A stretch of 64,000 nt of DNA from Tubiluchus corallicola (Eukaryota; Animalia; Priapulida). Made by a program: the position numbers and the translations under genes. This document shows positions 13,601 to 26,242 of the stretch, in pieces (the stretch's first letter is position 1; the number at the start of each line of letters is the position of its first letter). The notes beneath the pieces are model-generated. The model was not told the origin of the DNA. It saw only the letters and a list, made by a program, of their open reading frames with translations, and made no database searches. The stretch lies in NCBI GenBank assembly GCA_030141605.1, contig JAQGDQ010000029.1:682001-746000 (forward strand), written 5' to 3'.

Positions 13601-16600
13601 ATGCATCACGGATGAAATGTTTGATTAAAAATGTTTGATCTAAAATGTTTCATTAATAACTTTCTTCGATTTTTGGGTGCAGAAAACTCCAGTAATATTA
13701 GTTGTAAAGAATCACATGAAAAGTTCTTCGCCTACCAGGATAATCACCGGAATATTTTCATATACCTCTAACATGCCTCTAATTGGCCTCGCCGTCAAAG
13801 GTATAATCAGCTATTACCTGTTGGAACAGGTGCATATAGAAATGGAAAATCGTATGTAAGCTTCGAAAACATCCGTGATAATTTCAGTGGCAGGTGGTCA
13901 AAAGTTGTGATTTTAGCCAAATTGCTTTAATTATGAGATTTGGCAATGAAATTGTCCATAGTGGTTTGTACTTTGTGGTAAGTACATCACGTTGTTACAC
14001 TTGTCTCTACAGTGTAAATGTGGGGGTTATTTCATTATGATGAACTTGACGTTTGCCACAATACATATCCTTCTATGAAATTTGTGGGCGCTGACGTGTG
14101 TAAGTGGATACTGCCGAGCTAGTTGTAGCATCGACCAATATATAAACCTGTGCGAGACGAGGGGGTAGTTAACTGGCTGGAAATTTGTTACTCGGGAGCC
14201 GGAGTTTTTGTTAATCTTACATGATATCATAAAACGAAAAACTTGCAGGCAAGTTATGCGTTTATCTGAAATCAGTATGTACTATACATTCATTGCTCAC
14301 TGTATGGTTTCCCAGTTCCCACGCAATTGCTTAATGCGTCCTAGTGTAATAACGGATATATCCATTTAATATACACAAAATTATTTAGTTACCAAACACA
14401 TTTATGTCAAGTAAAATCTGACCAAAACGCTGATGTTCTCTGCAATCGTAATCATATTTATGACCTTGACCTTGTTTTTTAAGCTTGTGTCTGCGCTGTT
14501 TTAGCGGGAAACTTCCCAGACACATGCACCTTGCACAATAACACATGTGACCCTTGAAAATAAGCTTTTTATTATATCCTTGCACTTAGCTTTGTTTGAC
14601 TCCGACTACGTTCATGAAAAAAAACGCTCTAAGCTGGTTGTGTACTGTCATTCAAATTTCCTTTCTTACCCAGCCAATTATTACATTCCTACTCACTTTT
14701 ATGGGAGAATTTTTTTGTGTGGCTCTTTGGGCTCACCATTGTAGAGACGTTAGAGTCGTAGACGTTCCCCAGTGCTATAATCATTTGTCGTGTCTGCTTT
14801 CAAGATGATATCAGTCATGTGCTGTGTTTTTATTTTGGGCTCCAATGAAACCACGAAATTAGATGTGAATCAAAGGTACACACTGATACAGTTATGTTAT
14901 GTCATTTAACCCACAGAAAACAAAAACACTGATACATACTTTAGTATACAGGGGCATCAAGTTATTACTCACATACCGCACGATAATGAATAGCACCTTT
15001 TTGTGTGAGTTCGTTTGTGTGCCCGACGCCGACTCGCCCGCCTCCTCTAAACTAAACAGCGGCTTGTTTTTACTGAATTTAAATAAGCTTAAGATAAACA
15101 TAATTACAAAATCCAAACGCAACAGGAAAAAATCTGCCCCATGTGAAAGGTTTCAACGTCGGAGGTCGCCATTCTCACACAGTACTGACAATTCTAGCCA
15201 GAGAAGTGTTCTTTTCACCGCTGTAACTGTCTGCCGACCATTCACTCGCGTCACGTAAGGCAACTTACTTAACAGTAGATTTGATGGTCGAAATTTTGAT
15301 TACTTGAGTATGCATGTCTTTTTAGTAGCTGCTGTCTTGTCCTTTGATTTTTGTATTTTTCGTATTATTGGCGATATTTTAAATTTCGTTAAAAACCATT
15401 TAAGGTTCTAAAATTAGGCATTTTAAATGGGTTTTTAAATTATGAATGTTCAAATTTTCTCTTATCATTCTTATTCCTTCTGCGAAATCATCGAGCACAC
15501 TGCAGTGGAGAAATATCTGTATCTTTTCCACACAAACCAGTTTCAAAATCATAACTAATATAGGGTGATTCACAGACATACTAAGTTACTAAAACTTGAA
15601 AACTGTAGAATTGGGCACCTGGATATTTGTGTTTGTCTAATGGAATCTGCAATGCCACAGCATTGCAACCTAATACTATACAGAGCCGTTCTAAATTTTT
15701 TTGTATACACAAATTGGAATTTTGTTTGATGAGTTTTTGCATCTAGTCAGCCCACCTATTCTTGTTGTGTACACTCTAATAATTTACTAATAAATATCAT
15801 TTGATTTTCCAAGTGGTGTACTGAGCCGACAGTCATTATTCTTTGGCTAATCTTCCGCAGTTCCAGATCCTAGTTTCAGGTCTTCCAAGTTCACGTGTAA
15901 ACAGTTTGGGGTTCAAGGCCACAGCGCTCTGTTTTACTGTGATGGTTTTGTGTTATGGCTCGCGTGCATACCTGCAGTTTGTTCAAGTTGTTCTGCTAAA
16001 TATAAATCGGCCTGTTATGCTACTTACAAGTATATTGATGTGCCTGCGGCGTCTGGGTGCGCGTCTTCTTAAAGAAGGTCTCTGTAGGTTAAAAAACTTA
16101 CACGAATTGACTTCTGTAATTGAATTATTGCAAGAAATTGCGAGCAATTTTCGTAAGAATGCCATCACTGTCTTGTAAAGCACCGAAAAACCAGTTCTCA
16201 AAACGCTTAAGAACCTATCCACTTGACGTTTTTTACGCAGGCTTATGCTCGCATAGTCTAATTATTATACTGCCCTGTGTGGCCATTTAAGCATTTTGTT
16301 AAGTGACAGGCAAAAAGTGCACAAATAGGTGCTGAAATCAACGACCCAGTTTTCGCACATTCCCGGGGCTCATTGGTGTCCGTGTGACGCGATGTTTAAA
16401 ATGGAGCTAGGTGCCACCTTGCAAGTAATTTAGGGGATGCAAATTGGCAAGAACTTGCATTTTCCAGTGACCATCCATCTCTGCACTGACTTCGTAATAC
16501 TGATGTTTTACTACATTACTATGCATATTTTATCTTGTGGTTCCGTTTATTCGGATGTTTTTCGGTTTGATTATTGAGTGGAGAAAATTGTGTACTAAAC

Positions 16601-17344
16601 AAGCGAGCAATGTAGAGAAAAGATGTGCGTCATTTGTCATAAATAAATAAAACCTCATAATAAATAAAAAATGAATTGAATGTACCGTATAACACATATT
16701 CCTTTTGTTCCGAAAAGTGTGTATTAATCAATGTGTTTAGAAGCTCATATAATGCACCTGATTCTATGCGCACCATAAACAATTTCACCCTGCTCGACCT
16801 CACGCACCTGTACCTCATGATGTCCTCTGTCATCACTTGCCAGACAATCCTGGCGATCATTATAGAAAGACATTTTTGGAGCTGTTAAGCTTGTTTCCGC
16901 AATGACTGATTGACTGGCCTGCTCCTAACAAAACGTTCTCAATCATTAAACACGTCTGTCACACGTACTATACGTGACAATGACAGCTCTGACACTTTCC
17001 ATCTCAGTACCGCACTGAGACCCCGGACAAAGGCAAATTCCTACCTCGTCAAAAGTTTTTTGATCAAAAAATCGCCGTAAACCCTCCGAACAGGTTTGAG
17101 CTAATACGTGTCTCTTCAATTACTATGGATCTTTATTGCATTGATGCCTGAGAATGCAGTTGTAGTGAACTGGGGCGACCGGCAGATCGAATTTTAGGTT
17201 AACTGTTGACAATATTTCAACTAGGGCTTGCTTTGTACTATGCCTTTGTACACTTACTATCTGTAATTCATGTCAAACATTCTTTCACGTAAGTAAGAAT
17301 TGGTTGTATGCCTTCGATACGCCATGTCTGGGATTTTGTATGCT

Positions 17345-17371
17345 TATATATATATATATATATATATATAT
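17345..17371. repeat. (TA)n microsatellite
   Basis: Direct reading. Confidence 0.95.
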
Positions 17372-17539
17372 AACATTTCTTAGAATCATCATTTTAAAGA
17401 TAGGTATGGCCAATATTGACCAAGAGCAAGTGCTATGATAGATTTTTACACTGATTACATAAAGGTTGAATAAAATAAAATAGTTACCTGCTTCGTTGGA
17501 TGAATTGTGTCTGGGCCGGATGTGGTAAATGAGACACAA

Positions 17540-18000
17540 TAGCACCATTGAGCATGTTACCACCCAACGTAGCCGCGCAAATTTAAGCATACGCTTTATG
17601 TGGAGCTCCAAATTTTCTGAAGTATTTGGTATATTTATTAAGGGTCAGAATGCCCTTAACTTTCACTAGGGAATCGTGTAAAGTGAAAACTATATAGGTT
17701 ATTCCACTGTGGTAGCGAGTTAATCCAGCTTATCCCGCCTTACGTAAATAGGCATGCACCGCCATGCTTTCACTGCAGGTTCTCTTGTTAAAACACTTGT
17801 ACTTGCATAACATCGACGCTCTCTAACGCTTCCAGAATGATAAGCTTTTTTAAACTGATGACGCCTAGAAAAGTCTCCACAAAAACCACCATACCTCCGC
17901 GTTGGTTCATCTGGGCTAATATCATGAAGTACATTGATATTATTTCGAACACAAGCATTCTGTACTTCTTGCACACTAATACGGAGAGAGAGAATAGAAA
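17540..18000 (-). mobile_element. Possible decayed RTE-clade LINE fragments
   Basis: Peptides NINVLHD, RYGG, STSVLTRE and IKRMLKFARLRW loosely resemble the RTE RT domain and the downstream RLRWxGH motif. Confidence 0.4.
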
Positions 18001-21000
18001 CCCCAAATCAGGGAGGTGAAATTCTGAAAAAAACTTAAAGTAATTAATTAATGGAAGCAGCCCGAGTTGAGGAGTGCAAAAATAAAAATCGAATTGATCA
18101 GTATTAGTCCAATTAAATCGTTTTTAAGGTTGACTATGAATAATGATTTTGGTGAACGCAAATAATAAGCCTGGAAATGAGGACGAATTTGCCTAATTTT
18201 TTAGCTTTTTACGTATTTTTGCTTTACCTCACTTAGCTTATTTCTGTTTTAGTTTTGCCACTTATTTTCTTTATAGATTTTCCATTTAAAAACCGGATGC
18301 CTGATATACGAAGTTTAACTCACGCTTTTTTGGTCGGTTGATTATGGGTTAACATGGTGGCTTATTTGTAGACAATAAGCACATTCGCTTTTATTATCAA
18401 GCCTGGCCAAGGCCAATTAAGGACATGGTAGTTGTCAGAACATTCGTTACATTGCTCAGGTCATATAAAATGCCCATGATGAGAGCAAGCAAATACATGT
18501 AAGAAATTTAATTTAAATTGTTAGTACACAGGTATTTAATCATAGAATACTGCTATGTAGGAGTGCGTGAGTGTGCCCCGTGCAAGTATTAAATTTTGAA
18601 AACAAACAAGTCGAACGAAAAAAATCGAAAAATCGAAATATTTTGAAAACGAATACAATTCTGAGGCTTTCGTCTAGCTCTTTAGGCTTTCAACTAAAAT
18701 GTCAGTGAGATAGTCAGTGAATAAATCAAAGCTTAGACTCAGGTGGGCTAGAGGGCCAAATTTGCACGCTTGTGACCTTGTCAGGAAATAAAGTAAAGGG
18801 TTAATCTTTTGACAGTCAGTCTTGGTATCTTTATCACAACACAGTAGAGAAGCCTTACAGATTAGTCTAGGCGGTCTTTTGCCCAGCACCACGTTGATGC
18901 AAATATGATAGCTGCTATAAAAAAGCTTCATGAGTGTAGTAACCTTGTGTCTGTTTGCTTACAATCAGCAATTCTGTATCACACAGGCTAATTTTATAGA
19001 CACCTGAAGATGTTTGTCTTGAATGAGAGTATAAACAGGAATTCTGCTGACTCTGCATATGATAATGAGTTGATAATCAATTCCCTGCAGATATGGAACC
19101 AAAAAGTGCATTCGCCTCAATAGCAGTCACTGCTTAGTCATATGCCAATGAAACGGGCCCAGTTTAATTGTAAATAAAACACAGAAATCCAAAGTCTATG
19201 TGCTTATTTAAATACACGTGACTGTAGGGGCAAGGCCGCTTTATTCTGACGTTTTGAACTAAATTAACTTTGCAAACCTGGTGCTTTTAACTTTAGATCT
19301 TGCACGTCTTTTCTGGCTGCACAAAACCTTTATTGCACTTCCTGTAGTAACATGCAGTGACTGCTTAACAATCCAAAGGCAGTCACCTATCTAGTTACCA
19401 ATTAAGTCTGCCAAGAAATACTTAATCAAGCAAATTTGTTCGTGTCAGCGTGATAAAATTTCTTGACTAGTTGATGGTTTCAATTACATTATGTTAAATG
19501 TCTGCTCAACTCTGCTGTCATTAAATTGCACTCCTGTTAGACGCTCGATGATCAATTGGTGACGTTGATGACTGTTCTTGCTTGAATTAAACTGAAGTAC
19601 TTTGCGACTCGCAGAATTACTGAATCAAGTGATGGTAGGCTTTTTTACGGACATGCATCTCCAGCAAATTGCATTTTTCAAACATTTGGGACCTATTTGG
19701 GAATGGCATTAAACCGGTATCAATGAATGATTGAATTTCTACACCCTATCTTCTCATATAATAGATCAGCTATTAAATAGCTATCTTTAAGTGACAGCGG
19801 GTTGCGTATTACAAATATATACATAATATCTTAATATGTAAGTATTCAGCTTTCGAATTCAAACAAACAGCAACTCTGTGAATGCGTGGGGGCGTATAGG
19901 CACAAATGCTTGTTAAGATTCTTCTACAAATCGAAACAGCAGTGTAGTTTATAACACATCACCTTAAGAAGCTGTAAAAGTCGTTTTATTCAACTCTGCG
20001 TCACGTGAAAAAATAATGACGCTTTCCTGCCTCACACGTGCTTTAAATGCTAAAACAAACAAATACAAAAAGTCTGGTTCGTTTTTAATCGGCAAAAACA
20101 GCAGGAAGAAGTATTAGTGGGCCTAATTCTCTAGAGCGGATCCATTAGCAATTGGGTTGCAGTTAATCTGTTAAGCGTAGATACTTTTCCTACTGAGCTT
20201 TGCTTTTGGAAAGTATAGTTGTCGCAAAGTTTCTTTCATTTTTTACTTGCTTCCCTTGACCAGCATCTACTTCAGTTCTAGAATTCATATGTGTGTGCAG
20301 AGAATTCCCGCTCAGGTTCGCCCCAACAGTATTTAGTTTATTGTGTGAGTGGGTGGAGGAAACTGTGGTGTAATCTGATTTGCAGCTTGACGCGGGGTGA
20401 TTGTTCGAATTTTGCCTTGAAAATTGTTGTCTTGAAATGATCTGGCTTAAAGTATGACTAAAATCAACTATGAGTGTTGATCCCTCCGAGTTAAACGTCT
20501 TTCGTGTAAGCTTTTAGGGTGTCGAGCTTTCTTTCATTTTTAGATGTGGATTTATAAACGTCACGAGGGGTATATAGAAGCATAAACTTTGTTTTGCACC
20601 ACAAAATTTATTTTATTATTGCGTATCATTTGGAGTACTTTATGGTCATTGATTTACAGACTATCAGAGATCTACTTGCAGTCTTTGCTCTTGATTAGCA
20701 GAACAAGGTATCTGCCAAATTCACCATGTACTTCAATGCAATAATGTATTGATTCACTACAAAAAAGTACCATGTACAATGAGTCACTTTAGTTGTAAAA
20801 CGTCACACTAGTCTTTTTAAATTGATCGCGTCATATCCTTTATTACTTTACCTGTTAACGTCAACCTTCTGAGGAATCTTAATCATTAGAAACCACGTCT
20901 GATTCTATCATATAAATCAGTTTTGTTTTTGCCTGCAGTTGTTGGCGTCTGCTATGCTGACGGTGGCCTGACACGTGTGCAGTAGAGATAACACGGTGAA

Positions 21001-24000
21001 ATGCGAGTTCATTAGTGCTAACTGTGACAGTATTTATGGGACCTAATCTGGAATATGGTTTCATTGACTTTGCTTGAAAACTTTGATAAGTGTACTGTTC
21101 TCTGAAACGATATCCGGACATCCGACAGTCGAAGGGGTGGCTTATGAGCAGCTCCTGTATAATATTGATTTCTCTTTACAGTTATCGGGCAGTACAAGCC
21201 TGCATATTTCTTTTTGCCCAACTAGCCTAGTTTTATCAAAAATCACCTTAATTTCCAATTGATTGGCTGAAATTAAACATCACCGCTCACGCCACAAATG
21301 TAAAAATTTTACTGTTATTCTCTCTGCTGAGGGAAAGAATCATAAGTCTACAAGTATTGATGGCACCAAGTACTCTTAATTTAAGCAGAGCATTTCTTCA
21401 TATTACATGCTCAATTACACTTTTAATCATGTCATGGCATAATGTTTAGGACTTTAAACTTTTATACGTACTAACTCCATCTCTCTCTAAAATCATGCTC
21501 TTTTTATTTTTTAATTTTGTTATCTTGAACTATTGCATGAAGTGCATTTTTGGCGTCTTGATTTTTAACTTCATTTCAGAATTAGACAACATGCAAGTAC
21601 ATGCTGTTGTGAGCTTAAACCAATGATCTCAAGTCAACCTGTTGATAGTTGCTTTTCCAAATGACTTGACACAAAACCAAAGCTATTAAGTAGCTCATTG
21701 GAATTAAATAGCCCATTGGAAACAGGTTTTTAGTCAAATCGGCTCTCTTCACCTTCACTCTATAAAATTCCCTTCATTCCCAGACATAAAAGCCCTCTTT
21801 AAACTATTGTTTCCAGCTCAGGATCCCTTGCGGCTATAAGCTGTGACGACCAGAGAGGGAATTGTGAGGGTGAGAAAGTGCGTGGTTACCCGCAACGATG
21901 TACGATCTTCGAAAAAATTCGGCGTGTATCTGTAAAAGAAGTGTAAAACAGTAGTAAACTGTGATAAGCCATTTATTTTTATGAGACTGCTCAATGGCGG
22001 TATCCTACCATTAAAATTCTGCTTTGTACGACTGATTGATTTACGATCAACCTGATTCGTTCCTTCACCATTGCATTTAAGTATAATATGCTAACTGTTA
22101 AAATTATATATCAAGCAGGTGTGCTTCTAACTAACGGTTTGACTTTGGACTGACAAAAAATGATAAATGTTTCTCATAATGGCTGACAATTGTAATACGC
22201 TCTTTGAATTATAATTTTCTTTCCTCTGGCATCATCAGAACACAGAGTAGACGCTGTCTGTAAGCCCGGGGACCATATCGCCGCTGCCCATATCAAAATT
22301 TCTTTATGGACACGTCAAAGCCAATTGTATGCGCTCCTATCTCCTCCTAAATTCTTTTGAACCTACGTGATCGGCTACGAAAAACGACAGCGACGAGTCG
22401 ACCAGAATCTCAACTTTAAAAAAATCCAATTTATAAACGACATAGTTATTTGATAAACAGACCAACAAGTAGACATTTTTAGCAAAAAAGATCGTCATTT
22501 GAGTTTTTGTAAAGAGAAAAAATGTGTTTAGTAGTCTTTCAAACACTTTGTATGATACATAGTCTTTAGCAGACCTGTTGTAGTACCCGGAGAGGTTACA
22601 AATTTCTAACAAAGTCCATTTTTAAAATCTTAAATTGATCCATCCGACGCGCTTGTTCACACGCTCCCTGCTCTTGCATTACTTGCTGTTTCCTTTTCTT
22701 CACAATACATTCCATTGTGTATATCTGGCTACGCTTTGAATGTTTACCCCGCCTCTCCGTTAACAATCATTTGACTGCTCACTCTCGCTTGACCATTGTC
22801 CAGTTAAACTGAAATCGTTTTGTAATGGTCATCTTTAGTGCCTAATCGAACAGAATCGGACTGTCTGATATTGCGGCACCTTCCAAGGTCATTCCAAGTC
22901 TGCTGCGATGTAATTGAACACAACATAGTTCAAACTTCAAAGACCTCAACAAGCGCAGCACCAGTATGCAAAAACAGTCAGCATGTAGCGACTAAATGTT
23001 TTGGTATGTAATCGTTTTTGTGCGGATAACAAGATATCACAGATAGTACCTTGGCAGTGGTGATTAATCCGTGATTAAGAAAATTTATATTCACAGAGGC
23101 TGGATGACTTGGCTCAATAAATTTTATTAAACTGTGATTAACACCGATTATTCTCTTAATCATGAACTTAATCAGGCGAATGAACTCAAACCCACTTCGA
23201 TACTTGGGCGAAATTTGGCATATGTTACTTATCTGTAACCTACTTGCACGTTGGGCTTATCTACATCTTGCTATTCCATCCTACGCTGATTGGTTTCGTT
23301 TGTTGGACAATGGTCAAGGTGCGATGACCCGCACTTGAGTTAAAAGAGTAGCTTTCCTGCTTTTCGTACCAGCGTTTGTTGGCTTTTGATACAATAGTGT
23401 AAATGAGAACGTAGTTACTGAATTGCTAGAAGTGACAAACGTATAATGCATTTTGTATTGAATTTCAGCGATATAGCAGTTTTTTATTAACATTTTGCAA
23501 TAGTAAAATCTTCTTGGTGTTCGTACAGTTGTTTATTTTTACTATTTACTGCAGACTTATCGCTTAATAACTCGTAAGCCTTGCAAGTTTTGTTGGTAGT
23601 TATATTTGTAAGGGCACAATTGGTTAATCCATTTACCGCATTTTCTTAATCGAAACTTTTATGCATTACCTATTATCCTACATTGTGTGAATGTCATGTC
23701 ACAAGCCGTTTTAAAAATCTTATTATATAAATTATTACGTTATTGTATAAAAATCTACTGCTTTCTCCGATTAAACTGCCAAGCGTGCCGTGTTGCAAAA
23801 TTTCGTCATTCTCTGTTGCACTACATCCCAGACTAACTTAAAGTCCCAGCTCTCAGGCTAAAGTAAAATGTTTATCATTTGTAATAAGTACTCTAAGCGT
23901 CTGTCAGAAACCGTGTACCTGATAAGTTGTTATAATCTTCTTCCACGTCAAAATGCACCACCGATTACCCTGATTATCCTAGACAATTATCTTCCTAAGA

Positions 24001-24083
24001 CGATAATCTAGCAATACGCGACAAGTGTAAGTGCTTTTCAACAATGTGAATTAGGGTGAGAATTTCTGATCAACTAAAAGTTC

Positions 24084-24101
24084 GGGGAGGGGGGGGGGGG
24101 G
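24084..24101. repeat. poly-G tract
   Basis: GGGGAG13. Confidence 0.9.
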
Positions 24102-26021
24102 CAAATGGTCAACTGGCTAACATTTCACTGATTTATTATTAATAATTTCAGATTTAATATTGTATTTGAGGTCGTTTCATTTACTAAAAGACGGCTTGTT
24201 CTTTTTGCTCTCCAACTTAATGTGGATATTTTGACTGCTTCGTTTTTGTTGTTTAGTGATAAGTAACTGCCACATAATTTATAAACTTTCACATCATTTA
24301 TAAACTAATTTATGAACCTTTGACATCCAACATTATTAATGTGGTCTTTTTGGCCTTCAAGTATCAAGGAAAGTTAGAAAACATAGGCCTAACCTAAGCT
24401 ACATAATGCTTGTATAACATTTGCGAAGTGAAAGCGGCCACAATGACCATAATAAAGGTGAATATAAAAAAAACGTAATGCTCCTTATACTCTTAATGAT
24501 TATATTTTATTTCAGAAGCTATCCCCCAAAACTCATAAGTATATAATTGGGTCTTGCCAAACTAAAAATTAATTAATTAAGAAAGTAAAAAAGAATAAAT
24601 CCATTTTCCTCATATTTTAAGTCCTATAATAAGGGTGCTTTAATCATAATATGCTATAAACCAATATGTTATTTGAGGATAACTTTTATTACTAGACTGT
24701 TTGTCTTATATTATTGTATTACAGTTCAGTCGGTAGTGGTGCTGACATACCACATGTATAGCAATGTCTAGTTTTTTACTGGATTAACTGCTGTGTTTAC
24801 CTGTCTTAACGGCAGATTTCTTGTAATTAACGATTCTACCCACTTAATGTCTTTAATAGATGTAATGCACGATATGATAATGATACATTAAAATTTCATT
24901 ATTTAGCTGATCATTTGTTTGCATCAAGTGCATTTGCTTGGTTGTTTTAGCTTGCTTTTAAAAAGGTGAATTAAACATTCGCTTTTATCTGGCATCTTTA
25001 CCCAAAATTCGCGCACTTTGAATTTCAGCGTTGAACAAGGGTCTACTACTACTGAGTGTACATGACGTATTGTCGAAAATAATCCCAAGATGTGCGACAT
25101 TAAACCGGCAAAGGTGTTGTAGTCACATTCTGAACGAGAGACGTCAGAGAACGCTCAGAAACAGTTTTCCAGCTGGTTGCACGACCATTAACAAGCAAGG
25201 TCCCTTGTTGTCCAACTACGTCACCAAATTCCATTTGTACCCACTCGGCTATTCGTCCCAATATAATTTATCATGCTTATTCGAAGTTGCATAAATCTAA
25301 CTCTTTCATATGCATACATTACTAAGATTTTGGAATTTTGGCAACCCTGGAGCTTGTAAACGTATCAGTAGGTTTTTCTTTCACCTCGTGTTATTGTAGT
25401 AAACACGGCCTGCAAGGAGATTCCCTCATTCCACCTCTTTCCTCAAAAGAGCGTTAGAAACAGCGTGAATTGCTGGCAGCTGTCAATAGCAGGCAGCATT
25501 TTTGTCTAAACACAAATCGCAGACATGGCTGCAGTGTCTGGCCTTCTTGGCATGCTACATCATTGTTGCTAAATGTGTTTTTCTTGGCCAAGTTTTTTGT
25601 CAGCGCTTGTTGGCACATCGTTTTGCGTGTCGAGCTTTTTTGCGTGCTGTAAACAGAAACTGCTGACCATTAGCACTGGTTACTGTTAAACAAACTCACT
25701 CGCCTGTTTATTAGTTTCCTAAAATGAGCCACTTCCATTCAATGAGAATGCTGCTGTACAAAAATTTAGGTATCTCCAGGTGGTGTCATTATTACGGCAT
25801 TGTCTAGTAGAAAAGTAAAGATTCATTTCTAGTTTTCTGAATGTTCGATGTATGCCTGCCTCATCTAAAAACTAAATATTTAGCGTTAGTTTTTTTATCA
25901 CTGATTGTCATCTACTCACAGTATATAATGGCCCCTATATGTGTATTAAAGTCGGAAAATATATGCTAATTAATCTTTGCACAAAATGACAATTCACCAA
26001 CGATGTTTGTTTTATTTACAG

Positions 26022-26242
26022 AAGAAGAAATAGATGTCGTTACTGTTGAACAAAGACAGCAACAGGAACAGCAACGGCAACAGCAACAGCAGCAGCAACA
26101 GCAACAGAAGACGCCAGCGAAATCGAAAGCGACCGCCAACAAATCTGCCGCGGTGACGTCACGATTGAAAGCGCTTCCCAGAGCCGTATTACGACAGCAG
26201 CAGGCGGCACATGCGTCAAGGCTCAAAGAGCAACTTTTGCAG
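26022..26242 (+). CDS. myc: Myc internal coding exon (MBIIIb + polyQ)
   Basis: Acceptor ttttatttacAG at 26020-21 (phase 1), reads (E)EEIDVVTVEQRQQQEQQRQ10KTP...EQLLQ, donor CAG|GTAGGG at 26243. Confidence 0.92.

Noticed and set aside
18730-18746. GACTCAG|GTGGG resembling the Myc 'DS^E' exon end
   Set aside because: In-frame stop a few codons upstream; no coding exon
25966-26226. Minus-strand poly-Cys ORF
   Set aside because: Antisense shadow of the Myc polyQ exon
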